In this document: positions 13,620 to 26,899 of the stretch, piece by piece
How positions within the stretch are numbered: the stretch's first letter is position 1
How the letters are laid out: the number at the start of each line of letters is the position of its first letter
Assembly: GCA_951406725.2 (NCBI GenBank)
Contig: OX597819.1
Location: forward strand, 59,706,001-59,770,000
Reading direction: 5' to 3'
Origin: Octopus vulgaris
Lineage: Eukaryota
Length of the DNA stretch: 64,000 bases
The notes under the pieces: generated by a model
Told to the model about the DNA's origin: nothing
The model's database searches: none
What the model saw: only the letters and a program-made list of their open reading frames with translations
Translations under genes and position numbers: made by a program

Positions 13620-15499
13620 GTAAATATTATTTGGCTTGCTAAATTGCTTTAACTTTTATGATGAAAAAGTAAATTTTAAAAAACTGATATTTCATATTTA
13701 GAAAAATTTTTCATTTCATTGAGAATTTCCAACAATTTTAGGAATGTTATAAGAAATATTTGGTAAAATTGAGGTTGAATTAGTCTAAGTAAAATCTTGC
13801 CAAATAAAACCAGCAGAGAACTAATTGTAAAGTATTTTAAACAAGGAAATTAAGAATATAAAGTAAACCAGAGAGAACCTTAGGGATAGTAGCCAAGGTC
13901 AAAGTACGGATTACTTATTTAGTTATGTAGTACGTAGTCTGGCATTTTATTTTAACCAAGTAACAAAGTAGAGGAAGTCATAGAGAAATTGAGACATCAT
14001 CATCACCACTCTTTAACATTCATTTTCCATGCTGGCATGGGTTGGAGGGTTTAACAGAAGCTGACAAACCAGAGAACTTTGCCAAGTTCCAGTGTTTGTT
14101 CTGGCATGGTGTCTGTAGCTGGATGCCCTTCCACAAAGTGTACTGGGAAATGGTTGGTGTTAGGAAAAGTATCCAGCTGTAGGCTGTAAATTTACATTAT
14201 ACAAAGTCATAAAATTACAGCGCTTATTTATCTGAGGGGTGGGGACGCAAAAGAACAAATAACAAAGACTTGCAGATGTTGACACAGAAAGCTGGTTTAG
14301 ATAATGGACGTGTAAAGTAGATTAGTTTTAGCAATATATGAAGAGTTTCAGGTGGATGTATGCTAGGGTTTCTTTTCTCAACTCCTTTTTACCTCAACCC
14401 TGAACCTCTAGTAAAGAACTCAGTATCTGAAGGTCAGCCCTGATCCAGCTGAGGTTTGATCAGAGCATTCCAGCTATGACCATCACATCTTTTTGTATAT
14501 TTGGAACTACATTATCCAGTCTATTGTTACTCTCTTTAAGGTGATATGGTTTGTTTTGAGGGAATTTGGGCTTTTATTTCTAGCAAACTGGGTGACTGAA
14601 CTAAGTACTAGTTAATGTTGTTTATATTTTCATTGGATAATGATGACTTAATTTGTATTTATATATTTTGTAAGCTTGGTTTAATACTGAACACAAAATA
14701 ATTTATTAGTCCAGCCTGTCAGACAATTTTATTTTGTTTTTCAATTAAATAAATAGGTCCTATTATGTTAGTCTATAAAAACACAGCAGCAGGGAGTTGC
14801 AAAACAGGCACACTGTATTGGGTTTACAATACAAAAACCCAATATAAATGTAGTTATATAATTTTCTCTCTCATCAAGCCAAGTGAAATTGTAGTCGTGG
14901 CTGGTGCTGGAGACACGTAAAAGGCACCCACTACACTCTTGGATTGGTTGGTAGAAACCAAACCAAATCAGACTGGAACCTGGTTCAGCTTTCTGGCATA
15001 CCAGTTCCAGTCAAACTGTCTAACGCATGCCGGCAAGGGAAGCGGATGCTAAATAATGACGATAACTTGATTAAAATAATGCCAGACTACAATAACTAAG
15101 TAAATCCTCGTCGGGGGTTTTTTCTTCTTTTTTTTTTTTTAACTTGATATTCTTAATTTCCGTGCTCAGAATATTTTACACTTGGTCTCTCTGTTGGTTT
15201 TATTTGGTTAGGTTTTACTTACAAATTTACAGTATAGATATAAAAACTTGATTAGGCAATCCTTCAGGGTTTGCTGTGAATGACAGAAAATAAAAATGAA
15301 AATCAATATGGGATTTTGGTTGCTGAAGCATCTTTCAAGATACTTTTGTAGGCAATCATTAGGGTGTCTGATAGAAAGCATCCTAGTATTTATTCCAATT
15401 CTCTGCAATCTGAGTTTGAATCTTGCCAGAGTCAACTGTTTCTTTTTTTTCTTTTCTTTTTTTTTTTTTTGCATTGACAAAAAAGTAGGCTCTTTTTTT

Positions 15500-15735
15500 C
15501 CCTTTCTCATGTCATGCCACCTCATAAGGGCCAGTTGCCTGGTTGCCATAGCATATAAATTCCCCACCTGGATGGGACACCAGTCCATTGCAGGATTACT
15601 CATTTTTGCCAGCTGACTGGACTGGAGCAACATGAAATGAAGTGTTTTGCTCAAGAACACAATGCATCGCTCGGTCCAGGAATCGAAACCACAATCTTAT
15701 GATCATGAGTTCAACACCCTAACCACTAAGCCACA
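15500..15735 (-). mobile_element. SINE family C
   Basis: tRNA-like head, tcttgagcaaaacact and gatggactggtgtcccatccagg core on the minus strand; related copies near 16130(+), 21030(-), 23780(-), 32690(-). Confidence 0.7.
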
Positions 15736-16565
15736 TGTCTCCACGGGGCAGTGGGTTGGTAAACTATAAGAATGTCTGGATAACTTGTGGTGTTTGTTCA
15801 GTCACTTTGTGCTCCAAGTTCAAATCCCACCATAGCTTAAGTGGATTGGTAGGCTCAATCTGTTGCCCAGTTGAACACCACCACCTGGCACGATATGGTG
15901 CCTTTAGCGGAATCCACCCTGATGCAAGCATTCAAGTCAGGTCTCCAATCTGAGGATAATTTCTTCCCTCCTCTTCTTCATCCCTTTCACCAGTCTCAGA
16001 AGTCTTGAATGGATCAAGGACTCTGTCCTTCCCTCTTCACTAAATATTAGAAAAAATTTTTAATCCTACATTCATTTTGAAATGTGACTGGGTGGTTTAT
16101 TTATAAGTCAATCTGATCATGGTGAGTGAAGGTGCATGGCCTTGTGGTTAAAGTTTTGCACTCTCAATCACAAGATCATGGTTTCAATTCCCAGACCAGG
16201 CGATGCCTTGTGTTCTTGAACAAAACATTTTATTTCATATTGCTCCGGTCCTCTCAGCTGTAAATAAGTAACCCTTCAACGGGGTGGGGGGGTGATTTCA
16301 GTTACTTATATGCCATGGAAACTGGATAATTGATGCTGTGAGTTCTAGGGCTCAAAACAGTGGGGGGTTGCTGCTGCTGATAATGATGAAGAACAATTAC
16401 AACAAGAATAATTGGTGACCTTGAGCTGTATAGCAATAGCTTCCATCACCTAAGTTGCATGAATAACTGATTTTTGTCATTGGTCTCTTTTCTAACCTCA
16501 AACATTTTGGTGATTAATAAATAAATTGAGCCATATTAATAACTTTTGCACATTTGTTTCCACAG

Positions 16566-16643
16566 GGAATACTGCTGGTGTATGACATCACAAACAGATG
16601 GTCATTTGATGGTATCAACCGATGGTTAAGAGAAGTGGATGAA
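16566..16643 (+). CDS. Rab40: Rab40 internal coding exon
   Basis: cacag|...|gtatgt; 78 bp, phase 0; encodes GILLVYDITNRWSFDGINRWLREVDE, in frame with the previous exon. Confidence 0.97.
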
Positions 16644-17387
16644 GTATGTTAACCTCTTTTGAATGATATTTTGTGTTTCCGTTACTTCTTTTTCAATTTT
16701 TAATTCAAATAACATTTAGAAGATGTACGAGTTTAATGAGTGACCTGATCTGAATTTGGGTGTTAAAATTCCAACAATTACATTATAGAAGAGTCGTGTT
16801 GGCTATTTTAGAACAGATTATATACTCATTTATTTATTTAATTAAGTTTACTTTGCAATAGTGTTATATACTGAAAAGGTGTATTTCTCAAATGTTTGAG
16901 TCCCACGTTCCACATTGATTTTCTGCAAAAGTAATTTTATCTAAATCTTTATTGCTAGCTTTATTCATTTTCCATGCACCACCTTTAGAAATACTAAAGA
17001 GTATCCGAATATTCATTATATATCTACAATCTGCTCGCTGACACAAATCCACAGCATAAATATTATAGTTTTGGTTTATATTTTGTTCCAGTATTGAGTT
17101 CAAATTCTGCTGAGATCTGCTCTGCCTTTCATCCTTTGGAGGCTAATAAAATAAGTACCTGTTGAAAACTAGGGTCAATGTAATCAACTTATCCTCTTCC
17201 CTGAACTTGTACCAAAATTTGAAACCAATATTTTGTTCAGGAATATCCAACCCCATTTATCCAACCCCATTGCATGATTTGAGCACTAAATTGTTGTTAG
17301 ACTTTAGAAAATATTCTCCTAAGTTTCATATCTATGTATAATTTGCAATCTACTAACTAGCTACTTGTGTGTGTATGTATGTATGTA

Positions 17388-17421
<34 letters not shown>

Positions 17422-17467
17422 GTCCTCTATTGCATTTTTGTTCCATTTATATATATATATATATATA

Positions 17468-17915
17468 AATACAAAATGGGACAAGAATGCAAAACATCCA
17501 GATAGACGATACAAAGAAAAAAAGGAAGGGTCATTCGGACTTTTCTTTCCTCAGTTAAGTTCCAGATTATCTTTGCAATTTCGGCTGTTATACTCAAGAT
17601 TGCTCCAATCTGGCTAGCCCCAAGGAAAAACTAAGCTAAGAGCATTAGATTCCTTGGGAGAAAGCAGCAAATGTATATGAAAACAAGGATGGGGAAAAAA
17701 ACGGAGAATGTTACACAAATACAAATAACAGGACATAACAACAGGTGTCTTTCAACTAAGAACAAATTAAATTAAGCTGGCATATGTGGAAGTAAAGCCT
17801 TACAGCAGAGATACAAGATTTCACTGCCACAGGGAGGAATATAGATGACAGCCGAACCAAGAAAGAATGGTCAGGCTTGGTCGAACACCGGTCACGTGGG
17901 GAGAAAAGAGAGAGA
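17468..17915. repeat. Unclassified interspersed repeat related to the 53153-53351 foldback
   Basis: shares the aaatgg.acaa.aatgcaa...acatc...gatagacgatacaaa terminus; sits in a (TA)n tract. Confidence 0.5.
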
Positions 17916-18783
17916 GGAGGGGGCTGTGTGGTTAAGAAGCTTGCTTTGCAGCTATGTGGTTTTGGATTCAGTCCCAATGCATGGCACCTTGGGCAAACTT
18001 TTTTCTTTATTTTTTTTTTCTTACTATAGCTTTGAGCCAACTAATGCCTTGTGAGTCAGTTTGGTGGGCAGAAAACTGAGAGGTTGCCTGTCATATACAC
18101 ATGTGTGTGTGTGTGTTTATGGCTTCGTAACTTAGCTGTTCACCAAGGGAGACTTATTAGTACCAGACTAAAAATAAGTAAATAAGTACTGGGGTCGATT
18201 TGTTTAACTGAAACCCTTCAAGGCAGTGCTCCAACATGTTTGCAGTCCAATGAATGAAACAAATAACAAAAAAGATGTGTATATCATCATCATCAGTTAA
18301 TGTCCATTGTCCATGCTGGCATGGGGTGGGTGGTTTGACTGGGCTGGCACACTGGAAAGTTGCACCAGACTCCAGTCTGATTTGACATGGCTTTCTATGG
18401 CTGGATGCCCTTCCTAATGCCAACCTAATGTTGAGAGTGTAATGGGTGCTTTTACGTGCCACTAGCATGACACCAGGGTGTGTTTACATGCCAATTTGTG
18501 TGACTGCAATTCTGCTCAGTTTGATGGGTCTTCTTCTCAAGCACAACATAATGCCAAAGGCCTTGGTTGTTGTTGCCTCTGTTTGAAAAGAACTCAGCCA
18601 CTTTGCCTCTACGAGCCCAACACTTGAAAGGAACTCAGCCAGTTTACCTCCATGAGGCCCAACATTCAAAAGATGTTCTTTATGTGCCACCAGCATGGAT
18701 GCACTTGGCTTGATAGATCCTCTCAAGCACAGCACATCGCCAAAGGTCTCAATCACCAGTCATTGCTTTTATGAGGCTCAGAG

Positions 18784-19260
18784 TTCAAAGATCATGCTTC
18801 ACCATCTTGTCCCATGTCTTCCTGGGTCTACCTCTACCATTGGTTTCCTCCACGTCCTCATACACATGCATCACATGACCATACCAGCACAGTTGTCTCT
18901 CTTGCACCACATCTGATTCCTCTTACGCCTAACTTTTCTCTCCAGATACTTTCACTCTGTCAAACGTGTACACTGACACTGCACATCCAGCGAAGCATAC
19001 TGGCTTCATTTCTTTCAAGTCTACATATGCCATCATCATCGTTTAACGTCCGCTTTCCATGCTGGCATGGGTTGGACGGTTCAACTGGGGTCTGGGAAGC
19101 CAGAAGGCTGCACCAGGCACAGTCTGATCTGGCAGTGTTTCTACAGTTGGATGCCCTTCCTAACGCCAACCACTCCGTGAGTGTAGTGGGTGCTTTTTAT
19201 GTGCCAGACGAGGCTGGCAAACGGCCACAATCGGATGGTGCTTTTTACATGCTACCAATA
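18784..19260 (-). mobile_element. RTE-type LINE 3' ORF remnant with nested tail repeat
   Basis: minus strand reads RLERNEASMLRWMCSV and RGRPRKTWDKMVK, typical of the RTE RT C-terminus. Confidence 0.7.
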
Positions 19261-20483
19261 TATATATATATATAATCAAGACTTCGTATAATCAAGACAT
19301 CGTAACTGTCCTAGTGTCCTTTGATGTAACATTTATGTGCATTTAGTTTATGTACATATTCATCCAAGGTAGACATTGCTATGCAGCTTTGATCAAGGTT
19401 TTACCCATTCAGGGTAAACATTTTATATATATATATATCATCATCATCATCATTTAACGTCTCTTGTCCATGCTGGCATGGGTTGGACAGTTTGACCAGG
19501 GCTGGTAAGCTGAGGGGCTGCACCAGAGTCCATTCTGATTGGCATGGTTTCTATGGCTGGATGCCCTTCCTAATGCCAGTTGCATGAGACCAGTATCTGC
19601 CATGACTATTTTTTTCACTTGGCTTGATGGTCTTCTACTCAAGCATGGCTTATTGCCAAAGTTCTCGGTCATTTGTTATTGCCTCCATAAGTTCCAACGC
19701 TTGAAAAGTGCTTTTTACATACCACCAGCACAGGTGCTAGTTAGACGACACCAGCATCGGCCACATTGCTTTTGTGAAGCCCAATGCTCAAAATGTGCTT
19801 TTTACTTGCCACCAGCACAGGTGCCAGTTATGTGACACCAGCATCAGCCATGACTACAATTTCACTTGGCCTGACGGGACTTCTCAGGCACAAAGTTCTT
19901 AGTCAATAGTCATTGTCTCCATGAGACCCAACATTCGAAGTTCATGCTACACTACCTCTTCTCGTGTCTTCCTGGGTCTACCCCTTTCACAGGTTCCCTC
20001 CGCAGCTAGTGTACGTACATGCATGGAGACATACATACAACCACACATGATGCGTTCACTTCCTCTCATTTCTTTCATTTGTTATCAATGCCAGATGTAC
20101 AGGCATAATCAGACAACAGACACTTTTAACAGAAAGTCTGTTTGACATCCCCGTTGCCAACAAGCTAGCTTCATTGTGTATCCTCAACACTGGGATAATG
20201 CAGTTAGAAAAAGCAATTTAATTGATGAATTAATACACTTTCTAAGCTTTAGTATCATATATTTTCATTTAAAACATGAAGGCAAAATGCATCTTCTTGT
20301 CTCTCCTTTCCACTCTCTTTCCAGACACACTCATGCATGTGTGTGTGTGTGTGAGTGTGTGTGAGAGAGAAAAAAAAACGAGTGAAAATATGTTCATACA
20401 GTCGTTATGAACATCTCTCCACTTTTGTTTATATTCACATGTACATACATACATGTATGTATCTATGTATGTATATGTGTGTG

Positions 20484-20518
<35 letters not shown>

Positions 20519-21549
20519 GACAGAGAGAGAGTGATACACACACACACACATTTATATATTTATACTCAGTGTTCTGGATATCAATGAAGAACATCAAAGG
20601 ATATTTTGCTTGATAATTAGATTTTTCTTCATGGATGCATTTTCCAAACTAAAAAATAGAGTACAGAATTCTAAGCATTGGTTATATGTTATGCCCTATA
20701 TTCCACTGTGTGTGTGTGTACACAGCATGGCTGTAGTCTAATGACTGAAACAAAGAAGCAAAAAAAAGATTGTATATATTAAAATTTTTAAGGCGTGGAA
20801 CAGGTTGGGATATAGGTTACATATGTTTCTCAACTTACTGAAGTTCATTACACATTGAACTCTCCTCAGCATAGGTGGTCATTGGGCCAAAGTTGCTACT
20901 GCCGCAAGATATAAACAAAGAGTCACCAGGCTAGGAATAGAAAAGGCCAAAACCAAAATGAAAAATAGCAAAAATCAAAATAAGTCATTTAAGTTAACCA
21001 GTGAACATTTCAGTGTGGGTCACCTGAAATAGGCATGTGGTGAGTAAATGGGTAAAGACCCCCCCCCCCTTTTGTCATGAATGACCATGGGATTGCACCA
21101 AGAAAGTTATCCTCCAAGGCAGAAGTCCAGGCAAGGTTGTTTATGTGAGGCCAACAATTGCCCATGCATACCAGTCTTCCCTCTCCATGCCATCAATGTT
21201 ACACAAGAGAAAAAGCAAAGGTCGATACGGCTTGGCACCAGTGACATTGCAACTCATTTCTACTGCTGAATGAACTGGAGCAATTTAAAATAAAATGTCT
21301 TGCTCAAGAACACAACACACAACCAGGTCTGGGAATCAAACTCATTACCTCATGATTGTGAGCCCAACACTCTAACCACTGAGCCATACACCTTCTCTCT
21401 TTCTCTCTCTCTCTCTCTCTCATCACATATATATATATATTCCTGCTTTTCTTAACATAAAACCAATGGTAGCCTTAATTCCCAAATAAAGAAATTATTT
21501 CCACCAATGTGGTGTTGAGCATTCATTTTCACCGTTCAACATTTATGAA

Positions 21550-21596
<47 letters not shown>

Positions 21597-21613
21597 ATAT
21601 ATTTATATATATA

Positions 21614-21856
21614 CCAGAGTAAGCACAGAAATGTGAAAGAAGGTGGGGAAAATAGTACTCGAATACCGGAGGTAGAGTAATAAGCTTTATTAATAAAGCT
21701 GCAAAAACACCATAAAAAAAGTGTTACTCAGAGTCTCGTGTTCCCTATTGTCAGACAGTTTTGGTTGAGAATCTCAACCAAAACTGTCCAACAAACAGGA
21801 ATGTGAAACTCTGAGTAACAGTTTTTTTGTGATGTTTTTGTAGCTTTATTAATAAA

Positions 21857-21857
<1 letters not shown>
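21614..21857. mobile_element. Foldback element of two inverted degenerate hammerhead motifs (Penelope-like terminus)
   Basis: inverted repeat 21685-21857 centred at 21771; each arm retains stem I / core / GAAA-like / CTCTGAG-TA; flanked by (TA)n. Confidence 0.7.
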
Positions 21858-21907
<50 letters not shown>

Positions 21908-21910
<3 letters not shown>

Positions 21911-23620
21911 CAAACACCATCCGATCGTGGCCGTTCGCCAGCCTCATCTAGCACCTGTGTCGGTGGCACATAAAAACACCATCCGAAGACCCGGCAAGAC
22001 TAGTCAGGCCATAACCCATGGCCCCTACCTGGGACGTAGTCAGTCCACCTGTGCATACCTTCCTTCTTGTGACACTTGTGAAGACCTGTTGAGGCAAGTG
22101 AAAATCAAAATCAAAACAAATCAAAATAGATGAACATCAATGGAATCTGTATCTTTGTGGTACCAGTGCCGGTGGCACACAAGAGAACCATCCGAACGTG
22201 GCCGTAGCCAGTTCCGCATCGACCGGCCTCCGTGCTGTGGGCACGTAACAAACACCATCCGATCATGGCCGTTCGCCAGCCTCATCTGGCACCTGTGTCG
22301 GTGGCACATAAAAACACCTTCGAAGACCCGGCAAGACTAGTCAGTCCACCTGTGCATACCTTCCTTCTTGTGACACTTGTGAAGACCTGTTGAGGCAAGT
22401 GAAAATCAAATCAAATCAAATCAAAATAGATGAACATCAATGGAATTTGTATCTTTGTGGTACCAGTGCCTGTGACACACAAGAAATCCATCCGAACGTG
22501 GCCGTAGTCAGTACCGCATCGACTGGCCATCGTGCTGTGGGCACATAACAAACACCATCCGATCGTGGCCGTTCGCCAGCCTCATCTAGCACCTGTGTCA
22601 GTGGCACATAAAAACACCATCCGAAGACCCGGCAAGACTAGTCAGGCCATATCCCATGGCCCCTACCTGGGACGTAGTCAGTCCACCTGTGCATACCTTC
22701 CTCCTTGTGATACTTGTGAAGGCCTGTTGAGGCAAGTGAAAATCAAAATGAAATCAAAACAAATCAAATCAAATCAAATCAAAACAAATCAAAATAGATG
22801 AACATTAATGGAATTGTATCTTTGTGGTACCAGTGCCGGTGGCACACAAGAAAACTATCCGAACGTGGCCGTAGCCAGTACCGCACCGACTGGCCTCCGT
22901 GCTGTGGGCACGTAACAAACACCATCCGATCGTGGCCGTTCGCCAGCCTCATCTGGCACCTGTGTCGGTGGCACATAAAAACACCATCCGAAGACCCGGC
23001 AAGACTAGTCAGGCCATAACCTGTGGCCCCTACCTGGGACGTAGTCAGTCCACCTGTGCATACCTTCCTTCTTGTGACACTTGTGAAGACCTGTTGAGGC
23101 AAGTGAAAATCAAAATCAAAACAAATCAAAATAGATGAACATCAATGGAATTTGTATCTTTGTGGTACCAGTGCCGGTGGCACGTGGCACACAAGAAAAC
23201 CATCCGAACGTGGCCGTAGCCAGTACCGCATCGACTGGCCTCCGTGCTGTGGGCACGTAACAAACACCATCCGATCGTGGCCGTTTGCCAGCCTCATCTG
23301 GCACCTGTGTCGGTGGCACATAAAAACACCATCCGAGCGTGGCCGTCTGCCAGCCTCATCTGGCACCTGTGTCGGTGGCACATAAAAAACACCATCCGAG
23401 CGTGGCCGTTTGCCAGCCTCGTCTGGCACCTGTGTCGGTGGCACATAAAATCACCCACTACACTCTCGGAGTGGTTGGCATTAGGAAGGGCATCCAGCTG
23501 TAGAAACACTGTCAGATCTGACTGGACTGGTGCAGCTTTCGGGCTCCCCAGACCCCAGTTGAACCGTCCAACCCATGCTAGCATGGAAAGCGGACGTTAA
23601 ATGATGATGATGATGATATA
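21908..23620 (+). repeat. GC-rich tandem array (~337 bp unit, about 4.5 copies) ending in an RTE-like 3' tail with (GAT)n
   Basis: tagatgaacat recurs at 22127, 22427, 22795, 23132; (AAATC)n junctions; three ~60 bp subunits near 23265-23450. Confidence 0.92.
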
Positions 23621-24519
23621 TATATATATATATCTCATCATCCTCGTTTAATGATGATGATTATGATTATGAGCCAGGCGTGACTTGAGAAGGAACAAAC
23701 AACAATATATATCATCATCATCGTTTAGCATGGAGAACGGGCGTTAAACGACGATGATAATGATATATATTGTTGTTTGTTCCTTCTCAAGTCACGGCTG
23801 GTTTCCCAGTTTTCTTGGTGAGTAGGTTCCCCACCTGGATTGGACGCTGGTCCGTCATAGGTGAGCTGCAAGATGCAGGAGGAAAGAGTGAGAGAAAGTT
23901 GTGGCGAAAGAGTCAGCAGAAGTTTTGGCATTACTTTCTGCCGGAGCTGCATGGAGCTTAGGTGTTTCGCTCATAAACACACACATTGCCTGGTCTGAGA
24001 TTCGAACCTGCGAGTCCGCTGCTCTAACCACTAGGCCATGTGCCTCCATGCATGCGTGCAGGCACACACACACACATGCGTGCATGCATGGCCGTGTGGT
24101 TAAAGAATTTCCTTGGTTTCAGATTTATTCTTGCTGTAGTATGATACCAGCTGTAGGTGTTTTCTAGTACAGTCTTGGTATCTTGGGGTGTCCACAGTTG
24201 TGCACAAGAGCAATTGATTAATGCAGATAAATTGCACTTGCGTACATTAACTAGTGATTAATCTTTAAAATTTCCAATTACATATGACATTTAACTGGTG
24301 TTTTTTGTTTTATTTTTTTCTAAACTGTCTTGAAATATTTTGTTTTTGGTTACATATTCAAACAAATGTATGAATCCTGTTTTGTTTGATCAGTACTTTG
24401 GCATGGAACTTTAGGACCTTGAGTTACTTATGTAGCTTCACAGTTAATAAATAAGGAAAAATATTTGAAGTACAAAATTGTCTCAAATATATAACCCACC
24501 TATTTTTTGTACAGTAATA

Positions 24520-24579
<60 letters not shown>

Positions 24580-24581
<2 letters not shown>

Positions 24582-24719
24582 AGGGATGACCACTAAGTGG
24601 ACATCCATTATGCTAGATGTAAACTTCATATGGTCTGACCACTAAGAAAAGATGGTTCTCAAGAAAATTCAGCAAACGCCAGAACATAAGCGGGCAGTCC
24701 ACTTAGTGGTCATCCCTCT
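24580..24719. mobile_element. 140 bp MITE in a (TA)n tract
   Basis: perfect 23 bp TIRs agagggatgaccactaagtggac / gtccacttagtggtcatccctct, TA-flanked. Confidence 0.85.
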
Positions 24720-25034
24720 TATATATATGTAATATAATTTTTCTGATTCTTCAGATTTTTTAGTATGCTGAAACAAGTAATAGATAAAAGATGCATATAT
24801 ATAAATTAAGATTTTTTTTCAGTTTCTGTAATACCAAATCCACTCACAAAGCTTTGGTTGGCCTTGGGCTTATAGAAGACCCTTGCCCAAGTTGCCACAC
24901 TGTGAGATTGGATTCAAAACCATGAAGAGAAAATTGCTTTAACAAACAGCCACACTTGTGCATAACACACACACACACACACACATTTATATATTTGGAT
25001 CATTACTAATTTCTAAAAAAATTTTTTTTTCCAG

Positions 25035-25257
25035 CATGCACCCGGTGTACCTAAAATTCTAATTGGAAACCGTCTACATTTAGCTTATAAACGTCAAGTT
25101 AGTGAAATTACTGCTGAATCATATGCTCTGAAGAACGATTTGGCCTTCTTTGAAGTTAGTCCTTTATGTGACTTCAACGTTCAAGAGTCATTAGCTGAAC
25201 TTTCACGACTTGCGCTAAAAAGAAATGGAATGAGCAGAACCTGGGGTCCAAATAAAG
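25035..25257 (+). CDS. Rab40: Rab40 internal coding exon (G4/G5 region)
   Basis: polypyrimidine-ccag|...G|gtataa; 223 bp; HAPGVPKILIGNRLHLAYKRQVSEITAESYALKNDLAFFEVSPLCDFNVQESLAELSRLALKRNGMSRTWGPNK; NRLH in place of NKxD is typical of Rab40. Confidence 0.97.
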
Positions 25258-25702
25258 GTATAAAATATTTTCTTTTTTTTCTGCCTTTCTGTTTAAAATT
25301 TTTATTATTTGTTTTACTTTATTTATGACATTAATTTTCTTGATCATTATTGAAAAAATATTCAAACAGTAATATTTAAAGAGTTCTAGAGATATGAAGG
25401 TGCTCCAGCATGGCTACAGTTAAATGACTGAAACAAGTAAAAGAATAAAACTCTTGAATTCAGAGTGTGTAACTTTTTTGATACCAACCCATCTGAGACC
25501 ATCTTAGTTCTATGATATAAGCTTCATATTTTAAAGTGATCTAAATTAAAGCCTTTGGTCAAAATGTCATGTTAATTTTTGCTTCAAACTCTAACTTATT
25601 ACTGATAAAGTTATTTTACTAAAGTCTTCATCACTCTGAAAAATTTTAGTGAAACAAAATTTTTATTTCAACTGAATTATGGCAACAGAAGGATTAATAA
25701 CT

Positions 25703-25935
25703 AAGGCGGCAAGCTGGCAGAAATGTTAGCAGGCCAGGCGAAATGCTTAGCGGTATTTTGTCTGCTGCTACGTTCTGAGTTCAAATTCCGCTGAGGCTGA
25801 CTTTGCCTTTCATCCTTTCAGGGTCAATTAAATAAGTACCAGTTACGCACTGGGGTCGATATAATCGACTTAATCCATTTGTCTGTCCTTGTTTGTCCCC
25901 TCTATGTGTAGCCCCTTGTGGGCAGTAAAGAAAGA
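25703..25935 (+). mobile_element. SINE family A
   Basis: full-length match to the other copies. Confidence 0.85.
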
Positions 25936-26899
25936 AGAAAGGTTAATAGTTGTTTATATCAGTAAAAATTCAGTTCATAAATTTCTCAGAGAATTTTTTC
26001 TGTCAGAAATGCTCCATTCAAAGCATTACAATTCTTTTGCTCTTGCTACACATGAAATTATTGTAATTAGTTTTAAGAGAGATTTGTAGAATTTTGAACA
26101 GAACATTTACACTTATTTACCCACAGTATTGTGGAATGAATATCCTGCAACTTCATATATTTGGTTGAAGTGCCAGGGTGGAAATTTTAAGGCCAGGTGT
26201 CCTTAATATCAAGACCTCAGTGTCGGGTGTATAATATACCTTGGTTTCAAGATGAATTAAAAAGCTTAAAGTAGGGCTTGAAATTATAGTTTACTGGTCT
26301 TTCCATAATTTTTTTTCCTGAAATGCAGCCAACCGATGAGGCGACAATCAAGAAAGCAAACATTACTTTTGTGAACCATAAGAGCTGTAAGCTCTGGCCT
26401 TCCTAACTGACACTAAACTTTCTGATTCCTTGTAAAGATCTCTGACTACCACTCCTCAACCAAGAACACTGTATAGGTCGATAAGTTGCACTCTTGATAA
26501 GATCACTCAGTTGTTTTCCATACTACATGCGCACAACAGAACTTTCCTTCTCCACTCTTCCTCTCTTACCTCTATATGCACACAATTTCCAAGTGTGAAA
26601 AGTTCTTCAATCACTCTTACTCAGGCAGACAACTAGTCACAGCAGTGTCTACCCCATTACAAACTTTGTTGCAATAGTGTGTCTTATTCCCCAAAATACC
26701 TATACCCTGGCCCTCCTGACTTGTCAAACTGTCAAAGAGGATGAAAATAGTCATGAATAACCAACAACCACCTCATTTCCTCATTTATCACCTTTAGTTT
26801 CTCTCTCTTCTCGATGACCAGAAATAAGAACCAGATGTATCTTGTTCTCCTATATCATTCACCAATGTTTTTTTTTTTGTCCTGGAGAACTTTAGTAAA

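Noticed and set aside
17530-17560. Minus-strand CTGAGGA...GAAT hammerhead-like string
   Set aside because: No convincing stems I or II, and GAAA is not intact
21908-23620. CRISPR-like array
   Set aside because: Eukaryotic intronic DNA, no unique spacers, no cas genes; units repeat in full
25140-25328. Stand-alone 62 aa ORF (and the 84 aa ORF at 28846)
   Set aside because: These are parts of Rab40 exons read into introns, not separate genes
25703-25800. tRNA genes
   Set aside because: A/B-box-like sequences belong to SINE heads; no cloverleaf
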